DNA of 64,000 nucleotides from Candidatus Multivoradales bacterium (GTDB taxonomy: Bacteria; Acidobacteriota; Thermoanaerobaculia; Multivoradales; JAHEKO01). Numbering within the stretch: the first letter of the stretch is position 1; each line of letters begins with the position of its first letter. The notes beneath the pieces were generated by a model that did no database searches, was not told where the DNA came from, and saw nothing but the letters and a program-made list of their open reading frames with translations. Positions 51,126 to 61,096 of the stretch are shown here, piece after piece. The stretch lies in assembly GCA_965223155.1 (NCBI GenBank), contig CBDCVR010000015.1, positions 768,001-832,000 of the forward strand, in the 5' to 3' direction. A program made the position numbers and the translations under genes.

Positions 51126-52610
51126 ATGAAACGGCAACTTTCCGCGCTTGCCGGCGCGCTTCTCCTCGCCGGCGCCGCCGCACCCGGAGTCGCGGCCGAT
51201 TCCGCCATGTTCGGCGGCACGCCTTCCCGCAACATGATCTCGGCCGAGACCGGCCTTCCGTCCGGCTGGGATCTCGAATCCGGAGCCAACGTTCGCTGGC
51301 GCCAGCGTCTGGGCTCGCAGAGCTACGGCGGGCCGGTGGCCTTCGGCGGCACGATTTACGTCGGCACCAACAACGAGGCGCGCCGGGATCCCAGGTTCGA
51401 CGGGGATCGCGGCAACATGATGGCCTTCGACGTCAAGACCGGCGAGTTCTTGTGGCAGTCCGCCCACGGCAAGCTCCCCGCCGGCCGGGTCCACGATTGG
51501 CCGCTCCAGGGCGTCTGTTCCGGCCCGTACGTCGAGGGGGACCGCCTCTACTACGTCTCGAACCGGGCCGAGGTCATCGCCGCGGACACCCAGGGCTTCC
51601 GGGACGGGGAGAACGACGGGGCGGTTACCGACGAGGAACACACCTCGGAGACCGACGAGGACGTGCTCTGGAAGCTCGACATGATCGGCGAGCTCGACGT
51701 CTTCCCGCACAACCTGGCGGCCGGCAACCCGATCGTGGTCGGCGATCTCCTGTACACGGTCACCGGCAACGGCGTCGATGAGGGCCACATCAACGTGCCC
51801 TCGACGGTCGCGCCCAGCCTGATCGCGGTCAACAAGAACACGGGCGAGCTGGTCTGGGAGTCGCTTCACCCGGGCGAGAAGATCCTTCACGGCCAGTGGT
51901 CGAATCCGGCCTACGGAATCGTCGCCGGCAAGGAACAGCTCGTCTATCCGGGCGGCGACGGCTGGATGTACTCGCTCGACGCCAAGACCGGCGAGCTCAT
52001 CTGGAAGTTCGACGCCAACCCCAAGGACTCGATCTGGGAGCTCGGCGGCAGCGGCACGCGCAACAACATCATCTCGACCCCGGTGATCTACAAGGACCGC
52101 GTCTACATCGGCGTCGGCCAGGATCCCGAGCACGGCGAGGCCCCCGGGCATTTCTGGGTCATCGACGCCACGCAGACCGGTGACGTCACCGACACGGCCG
52201 TGGTCTGGCATCGGGGCGGCGAGGACTTTCACCGCACGATTTCCACCGCCGCGATCGCCGACGGCATCCTCTACATCGCGGATCTTTCGGGCTTCCTCTA
52301 CGCGCTGGACGCCGAGACCGGTGAGCACTTCTGGACCTACGATGCCTTCGCCGCCATCTGGGGCTCGGCCTACGTCGCCGACGGCAAGGTTTACCTGGGC
52401 GACGAGGACGGCGACATCGCGATCCTGAAGGCCGGCAAGGGCCAAGACGGCGAGCCCGAGCTCCTCGAGGAGCTCAACCTGGGAAGCGCCGTCTACACCA
52501 CGCCGATCGCCCACGACGGCGTTCTCTACATCGCCAGCCGCAACATGCTCTTCGCCTTCGAGGAGGGCGCTCAAGAGACCACGCCGCCAGGCGAGGAGGC
52601 GTCCGAGTAG
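51126..52610 (+). CDS. Secreted PQQ-like beta-propeller protein
   Basis: Signal peptide; MFGGTPSRN; repeated DxKTGExxW blades. Confidence 0.85.
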   Translation: MKRQLSALAGALLLAGAAAPGVAADSAMFGGTPSRNMISAETGLPSGWDLESGANVRWRQRLGSQSYGGPVAFGGTIYVGTNNEARRDPRFDGDRGNMMAFDVKTGEFLWQSAHGKLPAGRVHDWPLQGVCSGPYVEGDRLYYVSNRAEVIAADTQGFRDGENDGAVTDEEHTSETDEDVLWKLDMIGELDVFPHNLAAGNPIVVGDLLYTVTGNGVDEGHINVPSTVAPSLIAVNKNTGELVWESLHPGEKILHGQWSNPAYGIVAGKEQLVYPGGDGWMYSLDAKTGELIWKFDANPKDSIWELGGSGTRNNIISTPVIYKDRVYIGVGQDPEHGEAPGHFWVIDATQTGDVTDTAVVWHRGGEDFHRTISTAAIADGILYIADLSGFLYALDAETGEHFWTYDAFAAIWGSAYVADGKVYLGDEDGDIAILKAGKGQDGEPELLEELNLGSAVYTTPIAHDGVLYIASRNMLFAFEEGAQETTPPGEEASE

Positions 52611-52648
52611 GCACGACGAGTCCGGCTCGCCCAAGAAAGACCCGTACC

Positions 52649-53740
<1,092 letters not shown>

Positions 53741-53756
53741 GCCGGGAGCCGGCGGC

Positions 53757-55196
53757 ATGATCCACATCCCGGTTCTACGCGCGGGCAAGCCCTACCGGAG
53801 TCTCGCGACGTCCGTCCTGGGCCACCTCGGCACCGGCGAGCCGGTGGCCGAGATCGGCCAGGCCAACGCCGGCCTCATCGCCCGGGATCTCGGCCGCGCG
53901 GCCGAGGGCCGCCGGGCGCTCGAGGCGCTTTCGACCTCGGAGCTCCTGGCAATCTCGCAACGGGCGGGTGCGCTCTTTGCCGAGGGCGAGCTGCCTCTCG
54001 GCGACGGCTCGCAGAGCGCCGAGGACTACATCCGCCAGGTGTCGGCCACCACCGGCCTGCCCCAGGTGATGGCGCGAGCCAACATGGCCAAGGCCCAATT
54101 CGTCCTGGAGGAGATGGAGACCGTCCTGGGCGGGTTGACCCGCGGGCTGGATCTGGAGGTCCTGGACCGCGGCTTTGGCGAGCAGGACGGCCGCATGGTT
54201 TCGTACCGGCGCGAGACCGACGCCCTGGGCGCTGTCCTCCCCAGCAACTCTCCGGGCGTCCACTCGCTTTGGATCCCGGCGATTCCGCTCAAGACCGGCC
54301 TCGCGCTGCGCCCGGGTAGCCGCGAGCCCTGGACGCCGTACCGGCTGGCCCAAGCGCTCATCGCCGCCGGCTGTCCGGAAGAGGCCTTTGGCTTCTACCC
54401 ATCGGACCACGGCGGCGCCCGCCAGATCCTGCTTCGCTGCGGCCGCTCGCTGCTCTACGGCGACCGCGCCACGGTCGAGCCCTGGCGCGCGGACCCAGGG
54501 GTGCAGATTCACGGTCCGGGCTGGAGCAAGGTGGTCCTGGGCGCCGACGGCGCCGAAGACTGGCCGGAGGCGGTCGAGACCATCGTCGCGTCGATCGCCG
54601 ACAACGGCGGACGCTCCTGCGTCAACGCCTCGGGCGTCTGGACCGCGGGCCACGGCCGAGCCCTCGCCGAGGCCGTGGCCGAGCGCCTCGCAGCGATCGA
54701 AGCGCTGCCGCTCGACCATCCCGAAGCTCGCCTGGCCGCTCTCCCGAGCCGGCGAGCCGCCGAGGCCCTGTCGGGCGTTCTGGACGCCCAGATCGCCCAA
54801 GGCGGCGCCGAGGACGTCACCGGGCGCTTTCGCTCGGGCGGCCGGGTGCGCGAGATCGACGGCTGCTGGTTTGTGCTGCCGACGCTGGTCTGGTGCGACC
54901 AGCCAAGCCACCCGCTGGCCTCGGCCGAGTATCTCTTCCCCTTCGCCGCGGTGGTCGAGCTGCCGCAGAACCGGCTCGTTGACGAGCTGGGGCCCAGCCT
55001 GGTGGTCACCGGCATCGGCAAAGACGAAAGCTTCCGCCATGATCTCTTGACGGCCACCCACGTCGAGCGGCTCAACTTCGGGCGGATCCCAACCAGCCGA
55101 GTGGCTTGGGACCAGCCCCACGAAGGCAACCTCTTCGACCATCTCTACCGGCAACGATCGTTTCAGGGCGTCGGCATCACCCATCCGGCGGCCTGA
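53757..55196 (+). CDS. Atypical aldehyde dehydrogenase / acyl-reductase (EhpG/LuxC-like)
   Basis: VLPSNSP; catalytic GGRSCVNAS; EYLFPF; HGPGWSK in place of the canonical ELGGK. Confidence 0.8.
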   Translation: MIHIPVLRAGKPYRSLATSVLGHLGTGEPVAEIGQANAGLIARDLGRAAEGRRALEALSTSELLAISQRAGALFAEGELPLGDGSQSAEDYIRQVSATTGLPQVMARANMAKAQFVLEEMETVLGGLTRGLDLEVLDRGFGEQDGRMVSYRRETDALGAVLPSNSPGVHSLWIPAIPLKTGLALRPGSREPWTPYRLAQALIAAGCPEEAFGFYPSDHGGARQILLRCGRSLLYGDRATVEPWRADPGVQIHGPGWSKVVLGADGAEDWPEAVETIVASIADNGGRSCVNASGVWTAGHGRALAEAVAERLAAIEALPLDHPEARLAALPSRRAAEALSGVLDAQIAQGGAEDVTGRFRSGGRVREIDGCWFVLPTLVWCDQPSHPLASAEYLFPFAAVVELPQNRLVDELGPSLVVTGIGKDESFRHDLLTATHVERLNFGRIPTSRVAWDQPHEGNLFDHLYRQRSFQGVGITHPAA

Positions 55197-55212
55197 GCCG
55201 CCCTCTCCGCCC

Positions 55213-56379
55213 ATGATCTCCGCCGCCCTCGAACGGGAGTCGACCACCGACTCGTGGACCGAAGAGCTCAACGGCATTGTCCTCCACGCCGGCGCCGGCG
55301 CAGCCCGGGAGCTGGGCGAGCTGGCGCGGCGGACCGGCGGCCGCCGGGCGCTCCTGGTAACCGACCCCGGCCTCGAGGCCGCCGGCCACGCCCCCCGCGC
55401 GCGCGCGGCCCTCGAGAACGCGGGCGTTGTTGCCAGCCTATTCACCGGAGTCCACCAGAACCCGTCGGCCTCGGAAGTGGCGCGAGGCGCCGACGCCGCC
55501 CGCGAGCTGGGCGCGGATCTCCTGGTCGCTCTGGGCGGCGGCAGCGCGCTCGACTGCGCCAAGGGAATCAACTTTCTGCTCAGCAACGGGGGCACCATCG
55601 CCGACTACTGGGGCTACGGCAAGGCCTCGAAGCCGATGCTGCCGATGATAGCCGTGCCCACCACCTGCGGCACCGGCAGCGAAGCCCAGACGTACGCGCT
55701 GATCTCGGACGATAGGACCCACCGCAAGATGGCCTGCGGCGATCCCAAGGCCAAGTTCGCCCAGGTCGTCCTGGACCCGGAGCTCCTGCCCACCGCCCCG
55801 TTCGAGGTCCGGGCCAATGCCGGCCTCGACGCCATCTCCCACGCCGTCGAGGCCCGGGTGACGGCCCGGCGCAACCAGAGCTCCGACGCGCTCGCGGAGC
55901 GCGCCTTTGCGCTCCTGGACGGCGCCATCGAGTCCGTCCTCGAGCGCTCGACCGCGGACTCTTCCGAGAGGCAGGCCGCCTTCGGCCGCATGCAGTGGGG
56001 CGCCCACCTGGCCGGCGCCGCTATCGAGCAGTCCATGCTCGGGGCCGCCCACGCCGCCGCCAATCCACTCACGGCTCGCTTCGGTATCGTCCACGGCGAG
56101 GCCGTAAACCTCATGCTGCCTCACGTCGTACGATTCAATGCGGAGGGCGCGCGCGAGCAGTACGAGCGCCTGGTGGCGGCCGGCCCCGAAGCTCTGGCCG
56201 GGCGCATCGAGACGTTGCGCGCGCGCGCCGAACTGGCGGAGAGATTGCAGGACCGGGAGGTGCCGAGGGAGGCGATTCCCGACCTGGCCCGGATGGCAAC
56301 TCGAGAATGGACCGGACATCACAACCCGAGACCGCTTACGGCGGAGGACTTCGCAGGGCTCTATGAATTGGCGTACTGA
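55213..56379 (+). CDS. Iron-containing alcohol dehydrogenase
   Basis: GGGSALDCAK, PTTCGTGSE, DAISHAVE, GAAHAAAN and HGEAV motifs. Confidence 0.93.
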   Translation: MISAALERESTTDSWTEELNGIVLHAGAGAARELGELARRTGGRRALLVTDPGLEAAGHAPRARAALENAGVVASLFTGVHQNPSASEVARGADAARELGADLLVALGGGSALDCAKGINFLLSNGGTIADYWGYGKASKPMLPMIAVPTTCGTGSEAQTYALISDDRTHRKMACGDPKAKFAQVVLDPELLPTAPFEVRANAGLDAISHAVEARVTARRNQSSDALAERAFALLDGAIESVLERSTADSSERQAAFGRMQWGAHLAGAAIEQSMLGAAHAAANPLTARFGIVHGEAVNLMLPHVVRFNAEGAREQYERLVAAGPEALAGRIETLRARAELAERLQDREVPREAIPDLARMATREWTGHHNPRPLTAEDFAGLYELAY

Positions 56380-57516
56380 CACGCTCGGGCGCTGCCTCGC
56401 GACGACGGTCGCGGCGGCCGCGCTCCTCTCCGCTCCGGGCACGCAAGCCCGGGCCGACTGGAACCAGTTTCGGGGCGATCCGGAGCTGAGCGGCCTTGCC
56501 GACGGGACTCTTTCCTCCGAGTTGGTGCCGCTCTGGACCTTCGACGCCGGGGAAGCGATCGAATCGAGCGCCGCCATCGCCGGCGGCAAAGTCTTCGTGG
56601 GCACGCTCGATGGCACACTCCACGCTCTGGATCTAGCCGACGGCACCAAGCTCTGGCAGGTCGAGACCGGGCTCGAGATCAAGTCCTCGCCGGCGGTTCG
56701 CGACGGTGTCGTCTTCTTCGGCGACGAGACCGGTGTGTTTCGAGCCGTTGCCGCCGACTCCGGCGAGGTGCTGTGGAGCCACGAGACCGATGGCGCTATC
56801 GCCTCGTCGGCAAATTTCGTGGGCGAGCTTGTCGTCTTCGGCTCCTACGACCAGTTCCTCTACGCTCTGGACCGCGAGACCGGTGAGCTGGCCTGGCGGA
56901 TCGAGACCGACAACTATGTCCACGCCACCCCGGCCATCAGCGGTACGACCGCGATGGTCGCCGGCTGCGACGGCTACTTTCGCAAGGTTGACGTGCGCGA
57001 CGGGACCGATGCCGGCAAACTCGAGATTGGTCCTACGTAGCAGCAAGCATGGCGATTCAAGGCCAGCGCGCGTTCTTCGGGACCTTCGATAACGAGGTTC
57101 TGGCCGTGGACTGGCACAGCGACCGCATCTTGTGGCGATACGACAACCCGGACAAGGACTTTCCCTTCTACTCATCTGCGGCTCTCGCCGGCGATCTGGT
57201 GATCGTGGGGGGGCGCGACAAGCTGGTCCACGCACTCGACGCGGCCACGGGAGAGCTGGTCTGGAGTTTCTTGACCCAGGGGAAGATCGACGCCTCTCCG
57301 GTGGTGGTGGACGATGCGGTCTTCGTACCGTCCATGGACGGCACGCTGTACCGCCTCGACACCGCGACTGGCAAAGAGACCTGGCGCTATGAGCTGGCCG
57401 AACCGATGCTAGCCTCGCCCGCGGTCGCCGCCGGCACGCTCGTCCTGGGCACTCTCGACGGGACCGTCTTCGCTTTCGGAGCCCGTGCGGCTCCAAGCTC
57501 GGGAGCCGAACGATGA
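56363..57516 (+). pseudogene. PQQ-like (BamB-like) beta-propeller gene split by an apparent 1-nt deletion near 57030 (pseudogene or sequence error)
   Basis: Frame 1 (MNWRTD...DWNQFRGD...KLEIG) stops at 57040; the shifted frame continues SYVAASMAIQGQRAFFGTFD... with further blades to 57516. Confidence 0.8.
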
Positions 57517-58862
57517 CCCAAACCGACCCCGCGACCGCCGTCGGCCCTCTGTCGCAAGCACCAAAGGCGGACGAGCAGGAGCTGGGAAGCGTCTTCGTCT
57601 CGAACTATCCGCCTTACTCGGCCTGGTCCGAAGGGGCGGTGGGGGCCGTGCGCTCCCGCCTCTCCGAGGTTCCCGAGCCCGACACTCCCTTCGGCCTCTA
57701 CCTCCACATCCCGTTCTGCCGCAAGCGCTGCAAGTTCTGCTACTTCCGGGTCTACACCGATAAGAACTTCGACGAGATCGGCGCCTACCTCGACGCCCTC
57801 GGCCGCGAGATCGAGCTCTACGCGTCGCTTCCGGCCGTGGCCGGCCGCCGGCCGCGCTTCGTCTACTTCGGCGGCGGCACGCCTTCGTACATCAGCGTCA
57901 AGCACCTCGAGGCACTGGTCGCGCGGGTCCAGGCCGCGATCGCCTGGGACGGTGCCGAAGAGATCGCCTTCGAGTGCGAACCCGGCACTTTGACCCAGGC
58001 CAAGCTCGAGGCCATCCGCGGTATCGGCGTCACCCGCCTGTCGCTCGGCATCGAGAACTTCGACGACGACATCTTGCGCGAAAACGGCCGGGCTCACGTC
58101 TCGAAAGAGGTCGACCGCTGCCTGCCCTGGATCCACGACCTCGAGTTTGACCAGCTCAACGTGGATCTCATCGCCGGCATGATCGGGGAGACCTGGGAGA
58201 AATGGCGAGCCACGGTCGCCCGAACCATCGCCGCGGACCCGGACAGCGTCACCATCTATCAGCTCGAGCTGCCGTACAACACGCGCTTCACTCGCAGCAT
58301 CCTGGATGGCACGAAGGAGATCCCGGTCGCCGACTGGGATCTCAAACGAGACTGGCACGGCTACGCCATCGACGAGTTGGAGGGAGCCGGCTATGAGATC
58401 TCGAGCGCCTACACCATGGTCAAGAAGGGCACCGGCAGCCGCTTCGTCTATCGCGACTCGGTCTGGGCCGGCTGCGACCTTCTGGGAACCGGAGTGGCCT
58501 CGTTCTCGCACATCGGCGGCGTCCACTTTCAAAACGCCGACGGCTGGGGCGAGTACATGGCGCGGCTGCGCGCGGGCGAGCTGCCTCATGCGCGGGCCCT
58601 GGCAACCTCCGGGACCGATCGATTGATCCGCGAGTTCATTCTGCAGCTCAAGCTGGGGCGGCTCCGGACCGAGCCCTTTCGAGAGAAGTTCGACATCGAT
58701 CCGATCGCCCACTTCGCCGCTCCCCTCGAGCGGCTGGCCGGCGGCGGTTGGCTGGAGATCTCGAACGGCACCATCACGCTCACCCGGCAGGGCCTTCTCA
58801 GGGCGGACAGCCTGCTGCCGAATTTCTACGAAGAGGCCTACCAAGGCGCTCGCTACACCTAA
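57513..58862 (+). CDS. HemN-like radical SAM enzyme (function unassigned)
   Basis: SNYPPY; LYLHIPFCRKRCKFCYF; YFGGGTPS; RLSLGIE; NVDLIAG; ATGA overlap with the upstream gene. Confidence 0.9.
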   Translation: MTQTDPATAVGPLSQAPKADEQELGSVFVSNYPPYSAWSEGAVGAVRSRLSEVPEPDTPFGLYLHIPFCRKRCKFCYFRVYTDKNFDEIGAYLDALGREIELYASLPAVAGRRPRFVYFGGGTPSYISVKHLEALVARVQAAIAWDGAEEIAFECEPGTLTQAKLEAIRGIGVTRLSLGIENFDDDILRENGRAHVSKEVDRCLPWIHDLEFDQLNVDLIAGMIGETWEKWRATVARTIAADPDSVTIYQLELPYNTRFTRSILDGTKEIPVADWDLKRDWHGYAIDELEGAGYEISSAYTMVKKGTGSRFVYRDSVWAGCDLLGTGVASFSHIGGVHFQNADGWGEYMARLRAGELPHARALATSGTDRLIREFILQLKLGRLRTEPFREKFDIDPIAHFAAPLERLAGGGWLEISNGTITLTRQGLLRADSLLPNFYEEAYQGARYT

Positions 58863-58941
58863 AGGCAGCCCGTTCTCGAAACCCTAGACGGACGATCTGC
58901 GTACCGATCTCGATCGGTTCGAAACGACAGGGAGAACTCTC

Positions 58942-61095
58942 GTGCTCAAGACCATGACTTGGACCGCCGCCTTCGTTGCGGCGTGGTCTCTGGCGGTGCC
59001 CGCCACCAACGTCCGTGCCGCCCAGGCCCGGACCGAGGCCGTGGCTCAGACCGAATCGACCGAAGAGGTCGCGGCTCGGCCCGAGGCCGAGTACAGCGAG
59101 GTCGTGCTGGTGGAGGAAAGCCTTCCCTTCGTGGCGGAATCGAACACGATCGCGACCAAGCTGGCGCTCGAGCTCGGCCGGACTCCGGCCAACGTCGGGA
59201 TCGTGGATCTCGAGCTCCTGACCGAACAGGACAACCGGATCCTGGGCGACGCCCTTGAGAACATCAGCGGCACCAATGTCCACACCGGCAACGGAGTCTT
59301 CGATTTCTTCGTCCTGCGCGGCTTCGACTCGATCACCAGCGGCCTGGTCCTGACCGATGGCGCTCCCGAGCCCGAGGCCAGCTTCTACCAGATGTACAAC
59401 ACCGAACGCGTCGAGGTCTTCAAGGGACCGGCCGGGTTCCTCTACGGCAGCAATCCGCTCGCGGGCGTCGTCAACCTGGTTCGCAAGCAGGCGGTTCCGG
59501 CCGACTTCGGGCTGGTCGAGGTGGGCTTCGGATCCTTCGGCTCCGCCGAGAGCCGTCTTGACTGGAACGGCTCGACCGACGACGGACGCCTCAGCTTCCG
59601 TTTGAATGGCATGCTGCGCGAGAGCGACGGCTACCGCGACGGCCGCGAGTCGGAGGTCACCGCGGTCAACCCGACGATCTCATGGCGGCCGGGTGAGCGC
59701 ACCGCGCTCAGCGTCAACTTCGAGGTGGCAAACGCCGACTACACGCCGGACGCAGGCCTGCCGCTTCTCGGCTCCGAGCTGCCGAACGTGCCGCGCAAGC
59801 GCTCCTACGCGTCACCCTTGGACTTCTCGGAGCAGGACATCACCCGCTTCCAGGTGGATTTCGAGCACGCCTTCTCGGACACCCTCGAGCTGCGCAACAA
59901 GCTCTACCTCCGGGAGCTCGACTGGCAGACCACCGGCACCCTACTGGCCGGCGTCTTCCCGATCCCTCTCGGACCGGGCGCGCCCGAGCTCCAGGTGTTT
60001 CGCAACCTCACGACTCTCGACGACGAGCAGCGCTTCGTGGGCAATCAATTCGAGATGATCTGGCGGCCGGCGGGCTCGCGGCACGAACTCCTGGCCGGCG
60101 TCGAGGTCGCGCGCCTCCAGGACGACTTCGCGCTCGACGTCTTCTTTCTTCCCTTCATCGGGCTGGAGTCCCCGCTCGAGACCACGGTCGCCGACGAGCT
60201 CGTCCCGGTGCCTGGCCAGGCCACCCGCGGGCGCTCCACGGCTGACGTCGTGGCCCCGTATCTGATCGACCGGTTCCAGGCTTCGGACCGGGTGCTGATC
60301 CTGGCCGGGGCCCGCTTCGACTCGATCGACTTCGAAGATCAGGCCACCGGTACCCAGAGGAGCCACAGCGAGATCAGTCCCATGCTGGGTCTGGTCTTCG
60401 AGCCCCGGCAGGGGACCGCGCTTTACGCCAACGTCGCGGAGTCCTTTGCGCCACCGTCGCCTCGAGTCGTCGGCGACCGCGAGCCCGAACAGAGCCGTCA
60501 GGTCGAGGTTGGTATCCGGCGCCAGTTCCTGGGCGGCAAGCTCACCTCGACTCTCGCAGCCTTCCGGCTCGAGCGCGACAACATCGCCATTCCCGACGAC
60601 AACGGCTTCACCCAGCAGGCCGGTGACCAGGAGTCACAAGGCCTAGAGCTCGAGCTCGCCGGATCGTTCGGCGGCGGCGGCCGGGCGGCGTTCAACTACG
60701 CCTACACCGACAGTGAGCTGACCCGGTTCCGGGAGGTCGTCTTCGGCCCCGACGGCAGGTTTCTGGTGCTCGACCGCTCCGGCAACGCCTCCGCTTTCGC
60801 ACCCAGGCATCTGGCCAACTTGTGGCTGAGCAAACCGTTTCGGGCCTTTCGCGTCGGCGGCGGCTTGCGCTGGATCGACGATCAGTTCATCGCGGAAGAC
60901 AATGGCGCCGAGATTGACGGCCACCTGCTGGTCAACGGCGCGGTGTCCTACGGCCGGGACCGCTGGCGCCTGGCCCTGAGGCTGCGCAACCTCACCGACG
61001 AGGACTACGAGACTCGCGGCTTCGGATCGAGCGCCGTTATTCCCGGCGATCCGCTGTCGGCGACGTTGTCGTTCCAGGTTCGTCTTGGCGGCTGA
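58942..61095 (+). CDS. TonB-dependent outer-membrane receptor
   Basis: Signal peptide; plug motifs ATKL...TPANV, FVLRGF and ERVEVFKGPAGFLYG...GVVNLVRK; C-terminal NLTDEDY. Confidence 0.93.
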   Translation: MLKTMTWTAAFVAAWSLAVPATNVRAAQARTEAVAQTESTEEVAARPEAEYSEVVLVEESLPFVAESNTIATKLALELGRTPANVGIVDLELLTEQDNRILGDALENISGTNVHTGNGVFDFFVLRGFDSITSGLVLTDGAPEPEASFYQMYNTERVEVFKGPAGFLYGSNPLAGVVNLVRKQAVPADFGLVEVGFGSFGSAESRLDWNGSTDDGRLSFRLNGMLRESDGYRDGRESEVTAVNPTISWRPGERTALSVNFEVANADYTPDAGLPLLGSELPNVPRKRSYASPLDFSEQDITRFQVDFEHAFSDTLELRNKLYLRELDWQTTGTLLAGVFPIPLGPGAPELQVFRNLTTLDDEQRFVGNQFEMIWRPAGSRHELLAGVEVARLQDDFALDVFFLPFIGLESPLETTVADELVPVPGQATRGRSTADVVAPYLIDRFQASDRVLILAGARFDSIDFEDQATGTQRSHSEISPMLGLVFEPRQGTALYANVAESFAPPSPRVVGDREPEQSRQVEVGIRRQFLGGKLTSTLAAFRLERDNIAIPDDNGFTQQAGDQESQGLELELAGSFGGGGRAAFNYAYTDSELTRFREVVFGPDGRFLVLDRSGNASAFAPRHLANLWLSKPFRAFRVGGGLRWIDDQFIAEDNGAEIDGHLLVNGAVSYGRDRWRLALRLRNLTDEDYETRGFGSSAVIPGDPLSATLSFQVRLGG

Positions 61096-61096
61096 C

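Noticed and set aside
57038-57040. TAG read-through (pyrrolysine-type) in the propeller gene
   Set aside because: The same-frame continuation (QQAWRFKASARSS...) has no propeller pattern, whereas the shifted frame does
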